From positions 101,862,595-101,926,594 of the forward strand of contig NC_090382.1 in assembly GCF_036365525.1 (NCBI RefSeq): a stretch of DNA of 64,000 nucleotides. Reading direction: 5' to 3'. This stretch comes from Heterodontus francisci (taxonomy: Eukaryota). Of this stretch, positions 40,218 to 52,892 are shown piece after piece; the stretch's first letter is position 1; each line of letters starts with the position of its first letter. The notes beneath the pieces were generated by a model. It had not been told where the DNA came from and made no database searches. It saw only the letters and a program-made list of their open reading frames with translations. The position numbers and the translations under genes are program-made.

Positions 40218-41061
40218 TGTAATGAGATAAGGAACCTCGGAATATAAAAGCATTTTGTCGGGCAAACCCCAAGACTGCGGCACACATTATTTCACCACAT
40301 GAATATTAAAAGTTAAATTTGCAAGCCCTGACCGGAAAGACATTTCCATGGTAACAGACAATGTTTAAACAATGGGGGTCCAGCAGTTGCTTCCCCAATA
40401 CACAGAAGTGAACGGGCCAGTTTTGGTCACATGACCAGCTGGCTGGGGTTCTTGAATTTGAACTTCCATCAAAAGGATTTGAACTGAGACAAACCCGTGC
40501 GCTCATGGATTAAATACCTCTCTTGGAACTGAAGCAAGAATTACTGCCTCTCCTGTCTGCCTGCCTTCATCTCTTCCCATGGAACTGAATCATTTGAAAA
40601 CACATGAAGCTCAAAGAGAGAAGGGTTTACCACGTGAACAACGTTTTAAGAAGATTACTGGGCCCCAACGAATCGCATGACCATATCTTCAATAAAGGAC
40701 TACAGCGAGCTTGAGAAACAGTAGCAAGATATTGCCTCAAACTGTTCTACTTATCTTTTCTTCTGCTCTTTTCTATTCCTATCTGCATGCTTATATCGCG
40801 TTTACATGCTAGCGTGAGCGCGTCATATATTTGCAGACATGAACCGTATTAGAGTTTAAGTTTTAATACATTTCCTCTTTCTGCTTCAAACCAAAGAAAG
40901 CCTGTTTGTGCATAATTATTTGCCTTATATTTGGAAACTGTGAAAAGGAGTCACATAAAGCAGAGCTCAAAACACAGTATGTTTAAAAATTAAACCCTGT
41001 TATAATAAGACCAGGTAAAGTTAGCAAAAGACACCTAGACATTGCTCACCTGGTCGTAACA
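40218..41061 (+). mobile_element. Solo LTR-like element
   Basis: TGTAA...GGTCGTAACA ends; end motif shared with other solo LTRs in the window. Confidence 0.55.
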
Positions 41062-41118
41062 ATTGAGATAAAATTAACAACACAAAGGGGTACTACTTAC
41101 GTAAATCCAAAAGGTTAG

Positions 41119-41535
41119 CAACCATCACAAAATGATCCTTGGTTGGTTAAGAAAGACATCCTTTAAAACGAGACTAATCACTGATTGGGAGAAGGGATGG
41201 TTAATTGGAAAGCTGCCAGGATAAAATAAATCCTATCTTTGATACTGTACAGAAGAGAATTTTCAAACAACAAGAGACAAGAGAGAGAGCGACCAAAAGC
41301 TTGAAGACCAAAAGCAGCAAGAGAGTTGTGCGCTCTGCTGTCCAGTCTCTAACATGGATAATATCTGTATTAGACTGTTACTCACTGCCTGAGTTTCTAA
41401 CTAATAGTTTATCTGAAAAGTTAACAAACCTATCCTGTCCTTTATCTCAATAAAGTTGATTCATAACTAGCTTTGCGCTGTCAAGTCTGTTCCCACCTTA
41501 GAAAGGGGCATAAAGCACCCCTATCTTATCAAATC
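41119..41535 (+). repeat. Direct repeat unit A1 (~420 bp; second copy 43058-43483)
   Basis: Sequence and paired ORFs 41205/43144 align; AATAAA near 3' end, LTR-like. Confidence 0.85.
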
Positions 41536-42390
41536 ACATTTTAAAGATTCAAATGACTATAAAGAGGCCGTAATACTTCTATATATAGATTTCCAAACAG
41601 AATTCTTTAAGGGTAGTGTATCTAATATAATGTTGTTCACAGTAGGTCAGAGGCTAGTTTCTCTGGGCAGGACCATTGTACCATCCCACACACATTATAT
41701 TACTGTGCTGATAAAGGAAAACCATGATAACTCAATGTGATGATTTAAGACTACAAGGTGTAATTGCTGTGCTTTCCAAACTCAATTAGAAGGCAATGGG
41801 GTTCGGACAGATCCTTCGGTCAGTTAGAGTTTCTGCTTTTTCCTGTATCATAGTCAGTGGAGAAGCTGAACTAAAAGTAGAGGCAGTCATCAAACTCTCA
41901 CTAAGGGCTGTCAATCAAGTTTAGAAAAAGTGGTTCGTTCATTCTATTACTTTATATTTTTTGATCTTTTTACTTCCTATTTTTCTGTGAGAAATTTTCA
42001 ACTAAATTGGACATCAGTAATTAGTAAAACAACTGAAAGGCCAACAAAACACTGAAGGACAATGGAAACCTCAAACAGAACCAGAGCATCACTTGGAAAA
42101 CCAGAAAAAACAAAACAAATTCAAGATAAGAAAAAAATATATCGACCAGGCAACCGGCAGGAAAGTTAAAATATGTAAAATAGCAGATGGCAGTCATTGA
42201 ATTATAAAAGTCCTCCTTTTGGAGTTTTCTGAAAAAGATGAAACCTTGTTTGGTCTAAAGAGGAACAGGGTGCAGCAGAAGAACGGATTTGAAAGAGTAA
42301 AAGATCAGAAAGTACAAGATCTTTCAGCAATGTGTTCAGTAACTCAAACCACATTTAAACAAATCCTTTAAAAAGATTATGATTGCAGTA
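41536..42390 (+). repeat. Duplicated unit B1 (near-identical copy 45540-46390; diverged partial copy ~62730-63140)
   Basis: About 9 mismatches counted by eye over ~850 bp versus 45540-46390. Confidence 0.9.
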
Positions 42391-42401
42391 AGATTGCCCA
42401 C

Positions 42402-42560
42402 CTTGTTGGAAGAGACTGATGAAGAAGTCCAGAGACAAATCAGCAAAGCTGCCAGCACAGAGAAACACAACAAACTGAGGTTCTCTGTCGTTAAGTCGCA
42501 CAAAGTAATTGACGTAGTCTCTTGTGAAACTATAACACATGCGAGCTTCCTCTTCCTATT
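42402..42560 (-). promoter_or_regulatory. Candidate promoter/first exon (tandem GGAA ETS/PU.1-like sites, donor AAG|GTGGGC); paralog at 63160-63318
   Basis: ATAGGAAGAGGAAG on the - strand; the signal exon has an acceptor 4 nt before its ATG, so an upstream exon is required. Confidence 0.35.
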
Positions 42561-43483
42561 CAGCTCAAGGTACAGACATCATTTACATTGTGCACATTTG
42601 AACTGAGATAGAAAATGGTTCAAAATAGAAACCACAGGGTAGCTCAAAGTGAGAAATTAACAGGAAGAAAAGCATTTCGTGATCAATAGCAAAGGGATCA
42701 GTTTTGGTATTTGTTAATTTACATGTACTGGTGCATCTCAAATGGCAGAGCTCATGGTTAATCAGACATTCTGCTGTTTTAGGCTGCAAAGATTGTTCAA
42801 CCCTGAAGTGTCAGGGTCTATATTCTGGAGCTCCAGGTCCACTGCAGAATTGGGGCAAAGTGGGACTCCTTGCTGCCTCTGATTGTGAATGCTAACACAA
42901 TCCCAAATCCCAGGGATGGGTTCCTTGGCATGTTTGAGTCATTGCATCACATCCATAAGGTTAATCTGTGATGCCCCGTTCCACCCCAGGAGCAAGGATC
43001 GGGAGCAAACTGCACCAGATGACAAGATGAGACAGAGCAAACCAGGAATAATATAGCCAACCATCACAAAATGATCCTGGGTTGGTTAAGAAAGACATCC
43101 TTTAATACAAGACTAATCACTGATTGGGAGAAGGGATGGTTAATTGGAAAGCTGCCAGGATAAAATAAGTCCTATCTTTGATACTGTACAGAAGAGAATT
43201 TTCAAACAAGAGACAAGAGAGAGAGAGAGAGACCGACAAAAAACTCGAAGACCAAAAACGGCAAGAGAAAGAGTCGTGCGCTCTGCTGTCCAGTCTCTAA
43301 CATGGATAATATCTGTATTAGACTGTTACTCACTGCCTGAGTTTGTAACTAATAGTTTATCTGAAAAGTTAACAAACCTATCCTGTCCTTTATCTCAATA
43401 AAGTTGATTCATAACTAGCTTTGCGCTTTCAAGTCTGTTCCCACCTTAGAAAGGAGCATAAAGCACCCCTATCTTATCAAATC

Positions 43484-45020
43484 TTACAGAGACGTCATGA
43501 CCTCAGTCTGAGCTTCCACTGCAACACTCAGACATTGGGTGACATCTTCCTGTGCTGCATTGGAAGCTGATACATCAGCCATCAGACACTGCATCACAGC
43601 TGGGTCCTCAAGTGCTGTGCTCTGCAACATAACTTGTCTATAACTCCACCCTCTGGGGATCTGGAACACAGGTTATCCTTTCAACCAGTTCTTGGGTCTC
43701 TGAAAGCAAAAACGCATGAAGAAAGAGTTGAGGTGAGACAATGGGGGATGGGTATAAAGTAGAAGGTGCATGGTTACCCCATGAGGATGAAGGTGTATAA
43801 GACAGGAACATTAGAGCTTGGCTACCTGATTCGAACCCGACGGGACCCGACGACATGTGTCAGGTTCGGGTCGGGTCGGGTTGCACTTCCGGGTCTGGCC
43901 TTCGGGCTCGGGTCAGGTCGGGTCAGGCAGGTGGGACACACTCGATCACCACTTCCGGTAGGTGGCTCCAATGTTAATGTACTTTTTGGAATAGGAAGGT
44001 TGTTTAGTTACAGTTTTTTTAAGCTTGGTGAGATAAGTAACAAAGTGAAAAATGGAAGATCGGTTAACTGATGGTTGGGTCGGGTTGGGTCGAGCGAGGG
44101 AAAAAATGAAAGGACTTGGGCCGTGTCGGGCTCGGGTCGGATGTGCTTCTGCCGGGCTCGGGTCGGGTTACATTTTCAGACACGAGCCGGCCTTTAAGGA
44201 ACATCCCATCATGCTGGTTAGTTTCAACGATGTCGGTTGTCACAGACTCAGTGATGGCTGCACCAACAATGCCGAGCACAATCCCCTCCAAGAGGGTGAG
44301 TCCATGCGGCCATGTCTGTCCCCGACCAGTTCTTTGCGGCTCCCTCCTGTTAAGGACCATCTTGCAAGAGAGAGAGAAGACCGTCGGTGAGTGTGTTCCA
44401 ATGCGTTTGCCTGTGGTAGCTGAATAGCTGGAAGAATGTAGTAACTGCAAGATATGGATGAGGCCAGCATGTGAGGCTGAGGTGGAGCATATGAATGTTA
44501 GATCTGAGTCCTGAGATTATTGAGATTATTTGAGATTATTGATGGGGCTGTGCTGCATTGATTAGTGTGTGAGGTTGGTGATGAGATTGTACAAGATAGC
44601 ATTGAAAGATACATTCACCCACCTTAACCACTTTTGTGTATTTTTCTGCACTGTGCCCAGGTCCTCGGGGTCAGACATCGACCTCCGTGACTATCTGCTG
44701 CCAGTACTTTTGCAACACATATCGGGGACCTCCTGGCCCTTGGCAGTAAGATGACCTCTCTCTTCCTTTCCACCTCCTTCAGTAAGACCTCCAGCATTGT
44801 ATCTGAGAACCTGGGAGCGCTTTCTCTAGCCTGCTGCTCCATTACTCGAATTTCATCACAGTGAAAAAGACTGTTCCACCCACTTCCGGAACCTGCTGCA
44901 GCCAGAATGCATCTCCACTTTAAGAGTTGCAGGCTGGCTTTAAGAAATGCAGTTTGGCTTTGATTGGGACGAGCCTCACACAGACTTGGATCTCCTGATA
45001 AGCGGCAGCCACAGTGCATC
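43484..45020 (-). mobile_element. Harbinger Myb/SANT gene remnant
   Basis: MEQQARESAPRFSDTMLEVLLKEVERKREVI...RTWAQCRK. Confidence 0.7.
43812..44196. mobile_element. hAT-type MITE nested in the Harbinger remnant
   Basis: 8-bp TSD AGGAACAT (43804-43811, 44197-44204); imperfect TIRs TAGAGCTTGGCT / AGCCGGCCTTTA; subterminal CGGGT repeats. Confidence 0.8.
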
Positions 45021-45302
45021 AGTTTAATGTCTCATTCAAATGATCACACCTCCATCCCTTCCAAAGTGTCCACCTAGGTTAAGTACCCATGTCTCTAGAG
45101 TGGGACTCAAAATTCTGACTCAGTTGTGAGAGTGCTGCAAATGAGCCACAGTTGACACTTTGTAATTTGAACTTTATGTCTGAAAGTTACATGTAACTGG
45201 TGCTTTTAAAATGTGGAATTACAAATAAAACATATCATACCAACTCTGGAACGAAAGCTAAATTAATTTATTTTCATATCTTTAAAAAGCTGCACAAAAT
45301 CA

Positions 45303-45522
45303 TCATGGGTTTGTTTAACTGGTCCTGACTTTGGTCACATGACTAACACAATGCAGCAGATGGTTATCTTAGTGTCACAGTTTTATATTAACCGCTTCTA
45401 CATCCTTCAATGATCTGTCCATGGCCCAAGTGCTGTTGATCAAAAACTGTAACAAAGATAATCATCTACTGCTTTCAGTTACTCACATGATCAAAGTCAG
45501 GACCAGTTAGACAAACCCATGA
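45303..45522. repeat. ~220-bp imperfect inverted repeat (foldback); paralog at 62482-62703
   Basis: tcatgggtttgtttaactggtcctgactttggtca pairs with tgatcaaagtcaggaccagttagacaaacccatga. Confidence 0.9.
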
Positions 45523-46389
45523 CAATTCATTGTTGTCGGACATTTTAAAGATTCAAATGACTATAAAGAGGCCGTAATACTTCTTTATATAGATTTCCAA
45601 ACAGAATTCTTTAAGGGTAGTGTATCTAATATAATGTTGTTCACAGTAGGTCAGAGGCTAGATTCTCTGGGCAGGACCATTGTACCATCCCACACACATT
45701 ATATTACTGTGCTGATAAAGGAAAGCCATGATAACTCAATGTGATGATTTAAGACTACAAGGTGTAATTGCTGTGCTTTCCAAACTCAATTAAAAGGCAA
45801 TGGGGTTCGGACAGATCCTTCGGTCAGTTAGAGTTTCTGCTTTTCCCTGTATCATAGTCAGTGGAGAAGCTGAACTAAAAGTAGAGGCAGTCATCAAACT
45901 CTCACTAAGGGCTGTCAATCAAGTTTAGAAAAAGTGGTTCATTCATTCTATTACTTTATATTTTTTGATCTTTTTACTTCCTATTTTTCTGTGAGAAATT
46001 TTCAACTAAATTGGACATCAGTAATTAGTAAAACAACTGAAAGGCCAACAAAACACTGAAGGACAATGGAAACCTCAAACAGAACCAGAGCATCACTTGG
46101 AAAACCAGAAAAAACAAAACAAATTCAAGATAAGAAAAAAATATATCGTCCAGGCAACCGGCAGGAAAGTTAAAATATGTAAAATAGCAGATGGCAGTCA
46201 TTGAATTATAAAAGTCCTTCTTTTGGAGTTTTCTGAAAAAGATGAAACCTTGTTTGGTCTAAAGAGGAACAGGGTGCAGCAGAAGAACTGATTTGAAAGA
46301 GTAAAAGATCAGAAAGTACAAGATCTTTCAGCAATGTGTTCAGTAACTCAAACCACATTTAAACAAATCCTTTAAAAAGATTATGATTG

Positions 46390-47600
46390 CCCTGCACCAA
46401 TGCTATTTAAAGAACTACTCATTAGGTTGCAGGTGAAGTGCTTTTGAGTTTGCAGTTTACCCTGAGTTTGCAGAAGCATTGTGCTGAGCTTCTGGAGTTT
46501 GTTTTTGGCAGTTGGCATTTCCCATCAGGGAGGACAGAGGAATACCTGGTGCAGGAATGGGGGCTGTGGTGGCAGTGCCTCTTGGTTTGCAAAATAACGA
46601 GGACATGGAGCAGAGGATGCATAGAGGAGAAGCGCTGTGAAGGGGGGGAAGAAGCAGGAGGTATTTCTACAGAAAATCCTAGCTACCATGGGTTTTCAGA
46701 GAGCATTTCTCCTACTTCCCCCTCACTCTGCAGCACTTCCTGAGGTGAATCAGGTTCAACAAGGAGGTGGTCACTGAGCTGTGCCACATCCTGCAATCTA
46801 ACCTGGAGCCTCACACCAGGGTAAGGGCTGCCTCACAAGTGGCCATGAAGGTCACTGTCGCTTTCAAATGTTATACCTCTGGGTCCTTCCAGGTGGAATT
46901 GGGAAACATTGCCAAGGTTTCTCAATACTCCAACCATCGCAGAACCCGGAGATGATGGAGACCATATTCATAAAGCAATTGTCTTCTTGCTCAGGATGAC
47001 ATGTGGCTTTGGCAGGGCAGGGCTCCATCGACTGCACCCACCTGGATCTGCACCCCCTCCACCTCATATCAATCTGGAGAGTTACAGGAACCACAAGGAC
47101 TTCAATAAATGTGCAGCTGGTGTGCGACCATGCCAAGATCATCATCTGGCTGAATGCCCGCTATCCTGGCAGCAGCCACGATGAAATTGTCTTGCGTCAG
47201 TCAGCTCTATCCACCATCTTCGGGCCTCCAAGAGAAACCAGAGGCTGGCTGCTGAAGGACAAGGGCTCCTCCCCTCTACCTCTTGCTGATGACCATCTTC
47301 TGCCAGACCATCATGCGAGGAAAGTGGGCCTTCAATAAGAGCCACCAAGCCAGTCGGAAGGTTGTTCCTCAAACAATGGTTTCACTGCTTTGACCACTCG
47401 GTGGGGGCACTGAGTACAGGCTGGGGAGGGTCTCGAAGTTTGGAGTGGTCTTCTGCGTTCTCCAAAACCTTGTCATGATGATGGTGCAGCCATTACCTCC
47501 AGGAGTCGAGAAACCATGTAGAGAGGAGGAGGATGAAGTGGATCTAATTGAATGGTGCTCGAACTGTCTTGACTGATTGACATACTCCTGTTCTATCTTT
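46390..47600 (+). pseudogene. HARBI1-like Harbinger transposase remnant
   Basis: VTELCHILQ...YTSGSFQ, QGSIDCTH, INVQLVCDH...ARYPGSSHDEIVLRQS...GWLLKDKG. Confidence 0.8.
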
Positions 47601-47852
47601 CTAACATCAGGTAGTGACAATTCATTTGTGTATTCTAAAACTTATCAAATAAAGCTCTGATATCTGGGATAAAATATTTCAGGTAAGGTCTGTAAGTGAA
47701 AATCTAGACTTAGTGGTGTGGCTGTCACCTCAGATATAGGTGGTCAAAGGTTCAAGACTCCCTCCAAAGCTTGTGCACATCATCTAAGCTGTCAATCAAT
47801 ACATTACTGAAGGAGGACAGCATTGTTGGAGTTGCCATTTTTCAGAGGAGAC

Positions 47853-48431
47853 TGTGAGAACAGAATTTTCGAGAACACAATAATATGGGGACATTTAAGA
47901 TGAAATAATTAATCAATCATCTATTACTAACAAACTAACCTCGGAGCTGCACAGACAGCTTATCGGAAATAACTTCACAGCTTCAGGCTGCACAGACAGC
48001 TTATCAGTAGAAATAGACTAACAAGCTAAAAGCTAACAGGACAGCTGCAGCCTGCTGAAGAGTAGCCTATTGTACAACAATCAGCCCAACGTTCCAAGGA
48101 GATAGGGGAATAAGAAACTGCTTGAGGAGAGGGTGACAAGGCAGTACCCCAATCAGGCCCTGAAACCAAGAAACTGCAAAGTTTGTAAACCAATTGGGAA
48201 CATAAAGGGGGTGTCACTGATGTGTATGAAGAACTGTAAGGAAAGGCTTGGTTTCCCTACTCAGGCAGGAGAGGGCAGGAGGAGACAAGGGAGAGAAAAG
48301 CAGAGGAGAGAAGAGCCCAGGTGTTGTTGCTGTTTGCTTTGCTGATGATGTAACCAAGGAGTACTGCAATACAGTTTCTTAAAGCTACAGTCAGACTTCG
48401 TCTCTCTTTGTGTAACTAATGGGATCCAACA
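47853..48431 (+). mobile_element. Solo LTR
   Basis: TG...CA ends with 5-bp TSD GAGAC; inserted into a SINE. Confidence 0.75.
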
Positions 48432-48689
48432 GAGACGTTAAACTGAGGTCCTACCTGCTGCTCAGGTGGATGTAAATGTTTCCGTGCTGTGATTTGAAGA
48501 GGAGCAGAGGAGTTCTCCCAGTGACCCGACCAATATGTATCTTTCAACCAACATCACCAAAAACAGGTTAACTGGTTATTTATCTGATTGTTGTTTGTGG
48601 ACGCTCACTGTGGGCCAATCAGCTGCCTCATGTATCCACAAAAAGCAAAAAGTAGCAACAGTACAAAAATAAATCATTGGCTGTAAAGT

Positions 48690-49300
48690 GCCGGCATTGG
48701 CGTCAGCTGACTGTGCACTGGCACTGGCGCCATTTTGAATTTTTAAAGTGAATCCCCCAAAATTTACAAAATAAAATTGTAATGCCCCTTTTCCAGCACC
48801 CCAATAAAAAGTACAGTAAGTATTTGCCCTTCCCCCCAAACACTTATTTTTGAATTCTGACCTTATCCCCTCCCAAGACTGCACAAAGTTGAAAGTTCAC
48901 CCCTTCCCACCATCCTCTACAATGATGCTTATTTGACCCTGTCCCCACCCTCCCGTGGTATAAATCTTTGCTCCACCCCCGCTCCCCTCCAGTCGCACCT
49001 GCTTTCCCCAGACAAGGAATAGAAGGCACAGGGAGTGCTGGCTGCCGCACCCAAGATCATGGCAGGCCTGGACGATTCAAGATAAATTGATTTAAATTTA
49101 TTCATCTTATTAATTTAAATATTAAAATTGAGGTGCAGTTGCCCAGCGGTAGTGAGGGCCGCCACAGAGCCTCGCCGCTGCCTGGAGGATCAGACTGGGC
49201 CCTCCCAGAGTCGAGCTCCGTGGCGGGCCTCTGCCGCAACCATCTTCTGGTCATCCCCGCCACGGAGCCTGACATTGTGGGCTTGTTAAAATCCACCCCT
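48690..49300. mobile_element. Harbinger-type MITE fragment
   Basis: Right end GTTAAAATCCACCCC; inverted similarity to 27599-27900. Confidence 0.5.
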
Positions 49301-49499
49301 ATATAAATAAAAGTTCCCAAAGGGAGGGGAATACAGACTTCATCATGGGCTGCTCTTAATGCCCTGGATAGGCCACATAATCGGTTGATATGAAGTTATT
49401 GTTCTATTGCTCCTGTTTTGGATCAGGCCCTGCTGCATCCACTGCAATTTGACCAAAGTCCATAATTAGCTGAACTAGACTGTATACATTTCAGAATCA

Positions 49500-50790
49500 C
49501 ACAGGATTGGAACAGAGGAACAGGAGGAGCCATTCAGCCCTTTGAGCTTGTTCAGCCAATCAATGGTCACTCATCACTTCCTTCCAATTCGAGTAACCAC
49601 CCATCATCCCTATTCTCTATCTTCTACCATCTAACTAATCACCGAAGCATGTCAATAATTTGTCTTTACTTCCATGAGCTTTCACTTCAGCTAACATGGT
49701 CTTATGTAGAACCTTATCGATTGCCTGCTGGAATTCTATGTAAACTACACCCATCGACATTCCCTGTCCACCACTTTAGTTACTTGCTCAAAAAATTCAA
49801 TTAGCTTTGTTAGACATGACCTACAATTTACAAATCTATGTTGTTTCTCTCGAATCAGCTCCACTTCCTCTCTGTGCTCAGTCACTCTGTCCTTTATTAT
49901 AGATTTCAATTCCCAACAACAGATGCTAAACTCATGATTATTTCCTGGATTCTCTCTCTCAACATACTAAAATAACGGAATTATGTTTGCAATTTCCAAT
50001 CTAAAGGGAGAATTCCTCAATCCAGAGAAGATTATGGAAGATTATGGTTAAAGCATCTGTAATTTGTCCCCTACTTCCTTTAAAACCCAAGGGTGGAAAC
50101 CATCAGGTCCTGGGGATTTGTCAGTCTTTAGCAACATTATTTTTAATACTATTTTCTTGCTTTTGTTTCCTTTATTCAGTTCCAATCCTTTACTTATTAT
50201 TTGTTTCACTGGAATGTCAGGTAAATTATCCTCTTCCTCTACTCTGAAGATTTAAACTATGTAATTATTCAACAAGTCTGCCATTTCCATATTTTCATTT
50301 ACATTGCCCACATCTGTTTTTAAGGGCCACATCATCTTTGACTACACTTTATGTTCAAATATAATTTTTGCAAATGTGAAGGAATCCTTCACCGAATATA
50401 ATTTTATAAACCTTTTGTACTAAACTTGATATCTCTTGCATCTTTCTTTTCATATTCTCCTTTTGCAGCTCTTATGATCTTTCTTGTTTTCCTTTGCTAT
50501 TCTTTATATCTCTCCCAGTTTCCTGGATCTACAATATTCTTTTCTTATTTGCATTGGTACATTGAGCTCTTGCCTCTGAGGGTTATACACTGACCCTGTA
50601 ATAAGCTATATTCTTTCCTAAAAATCTATTGCTGTTCATCTATACTTTTACCCAATAATAGTTTTGACCAGTTTGCTATTGTCAGTTTCTATCTCATCCT
50701 GTTAAAGTCTGCTTAACCAAAATCTAAAATCTTAGCAACTGTATTATGCTTCTTTTGAAGCCTAACATTGAATTTTAACATAATACTGTC
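49500..50790 (-). mobile_element. Old CR1 fragment
   Basis: Antisense of the SPGPDGFHP and RSCLTKLIEFF regions. Confidence 0.6.
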
Positions 50791-51772
50791 CTGGTACTAC
50801 TTTTTCTCTCCTCGTTTAAAATAATGTGCCTTTAAGACTCTTTCTAAAAGCAGTGTACATTTAAGGCAGAGAGAATTTTTAGATTCTTTGAGAACAGTAT
50901 GCTGGCAACAAACCTGTTTCCTTGGCAACAGCAGGAGACAGAAGCCACATTCTGTAACTGTATCAATTTGACTGTGTAGGGACTGGCTGAAACAAGTTTT
51001 ATCTGGAGCCCAACAAAGTATGCTGACTAAAAAGAAAGTTGACTATATCTGAGCAAAAAAAATCTACATTGAGCTCAGACTGTGATTGCCTAAGGAGGAA
51101 AAATGCTGGCAAGAACATTTTCATTGTTGGTGGTAGTAAATTCCTTTACTTTGAAACTCTAAGAAGTCTCTGCTACAGAAGTGACTCTCTCTATTGCCTG
51201 TTCATGTTTGCTGAAATTCTGAATAACGTTCCCACCAAAAATTTAAAAATCCAGATATGCCAGTTGTTATACCCCTCTTTGAAAGAAATGTGTGACGCCG
51301 GCTACAGCTGAAGTACTTCGAATGCTAATTGCTCAAAGATTGTTCATCAAATTCGCTTGGAGACTTAGTGTGTCATTTGATTATTCTACTCTGAGATTCC
51401 TCATCAACCAGGAATATTACCCACCAGGACATACAACACAGCTTCTTATTTTATTCTTAAGAAACACCATTCTTAAAATTGCTTAACCAGTGGTTTTTGA
51501 ATGTGTGTGTGCATGGGGGTTAAGATAAATATGAAGTTCTAAATTCTTTTTGACATACTTTTATCTTAAGAGTATTTAAGATTTAGTTTATTCATAAATA
51601 GTTAGTTTGTTGTTGTTGAAAGATACCTGCTTTGGTGTATTTTATTCTTAGGGTTAATAAAGTGTTTAATCTGGCTGTTTTCTAGTAGGTGGGAAAACTT
51701 TTATAGTACGCTATGACCTGTAGAGTGTTGGGACTGAATTGTCAGTTCATTGCTCCTGCCTTGGTCGTAACA
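50790..51772 (+). mobile_element. Solo LTR-like element
   Basis: Ends ...GCCTTGGTCGTAACA; left boundary uncertain. Confidence 0.5.
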
Positions 51773-51853
51773 ATACGATTATTGTTAGTTCACAACCTAA
51801 CATTGAGGGAACATTAATCTAAGTCTAGCTCGTTACTCATTATTAAACCTAGT

Positions 51854-51926
51854 CTTCTTCTTCTCTTCTTTGGCCTCCTTATCTCGAGAGACAATGGGTC
51901 TCTCGAGATAAGGAGACAAGCGCCTG
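51854..51926 (-). mobile_element. 73-bp RTE 3'-end insertion with internal foldback
   Basis: 8-bp TSD AACCTAGT; matches the RTE 3' UTR at 52893-52936. Confidence 0.85.
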
Positions 51927-51939
51927 AACCTAGTAATTA

Positions 51940-52578
51940 AAATGTAATTAGGAATGTTATCGTTTATCGCGAGGGGAATTGAATACAAAAGTAGGGAGTT
52001 ATGCTTCAGCTATACAGGACGTTGGTGAGACCACATCTGGAGTCCTGTGTACTGGTCTCCTTATTTAAGGAAGGATGTAAATGCATTGGAGGCAGTACAG
52101 AGAAGGTGTACTAGACTGATACCTGGAATAGGAGGGCTGTCTGATGAGGAAGATTGGAGGGGCTAGGCTTGTATCTGCTGGAATTCAGAAGATTTTATTG
52201 AAACATAGAAGATCCTGAGGAGTCTTGACAGGGAGGATGTGGAAAGGATGTTTCCCCTTGTGGGAGAATCTCAAACTAGAGGTCACTGTTTAAAAATAAG
52301 GGGTCTCCCATTTAAGACAGAGATGAGGAGAAATTTTTTCTCTCAAAGGTTCATGAGTCTTTGGAATTCTCTGCCTCAAAAGGCAGTGGAAGCAAAGTCT
52401 TGATATATTTTTAAGGCAGAGGTAGACAGATTGTTGTTAAGCAAGGGGCTGGATGGTTATCAGGGGTAGGTGGAAATGTGGAGTAATCAGTTCAGCCATG
52501 AACTTATTGAATGGCAGAGCAGGCTTGAAGGGCCGAGTGGCCTATCCTGCTCCTAATTTGTATGTTCGTATGTATGTT
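51940..52578 (+). mobile_element. CR1 3' fragment; same family copy at ~59915-60322
   Basis: LVRPHLE, RGHCLKIRG, (TATG)n tail. Confidence 0.75.
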
Positions 52579-52892
52579 AGTATAGCCTGGCGTCTTGTTG
52601 GTTCCAGAACATATTGCTCCAAAAAACTATACAAATGCAAACAAGAAATTCACTACCTTTCTAACCTGAATTACTCTGTTTTTCCCAACTTACATGAAAA
52701 TTAAAGTTTCCAATTAAAACAACTCTGCTTTGTCCATAAACCCCTGCAATCTCTGAATTAATACAATCTGCCAGTAAATGACTGCTATCAGGAGGTCTGT
52801 GGACAGTGCTCATTACAGTTTTAACTCAACTCTTCTTGTTCAATTCTAATCATAGAGTAACCGCTGATTGCTTTCACTTAACAATATCCTAT

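Noticed and set aside
42379-42606. + strand ORF MIAVRLPTLLEE... conserved at 63137 (LxxLxE-like motif)
   Set aside because: Short, the motif is not kept in the second copy, it has no recognisable domain, and it is antisense to the better-supported promoter/donor signals
41205-43401. Twin 82/85-aa ORFs (MESCQDK...)
   Set aside because: TTG starts inside the LTR-like repeat A; their similarity just reflects the duplication
44512-44542. Short TGAGATTAT repeats
   Set aside because: Simple slippage repeat with no spacers; not CRISPR-like
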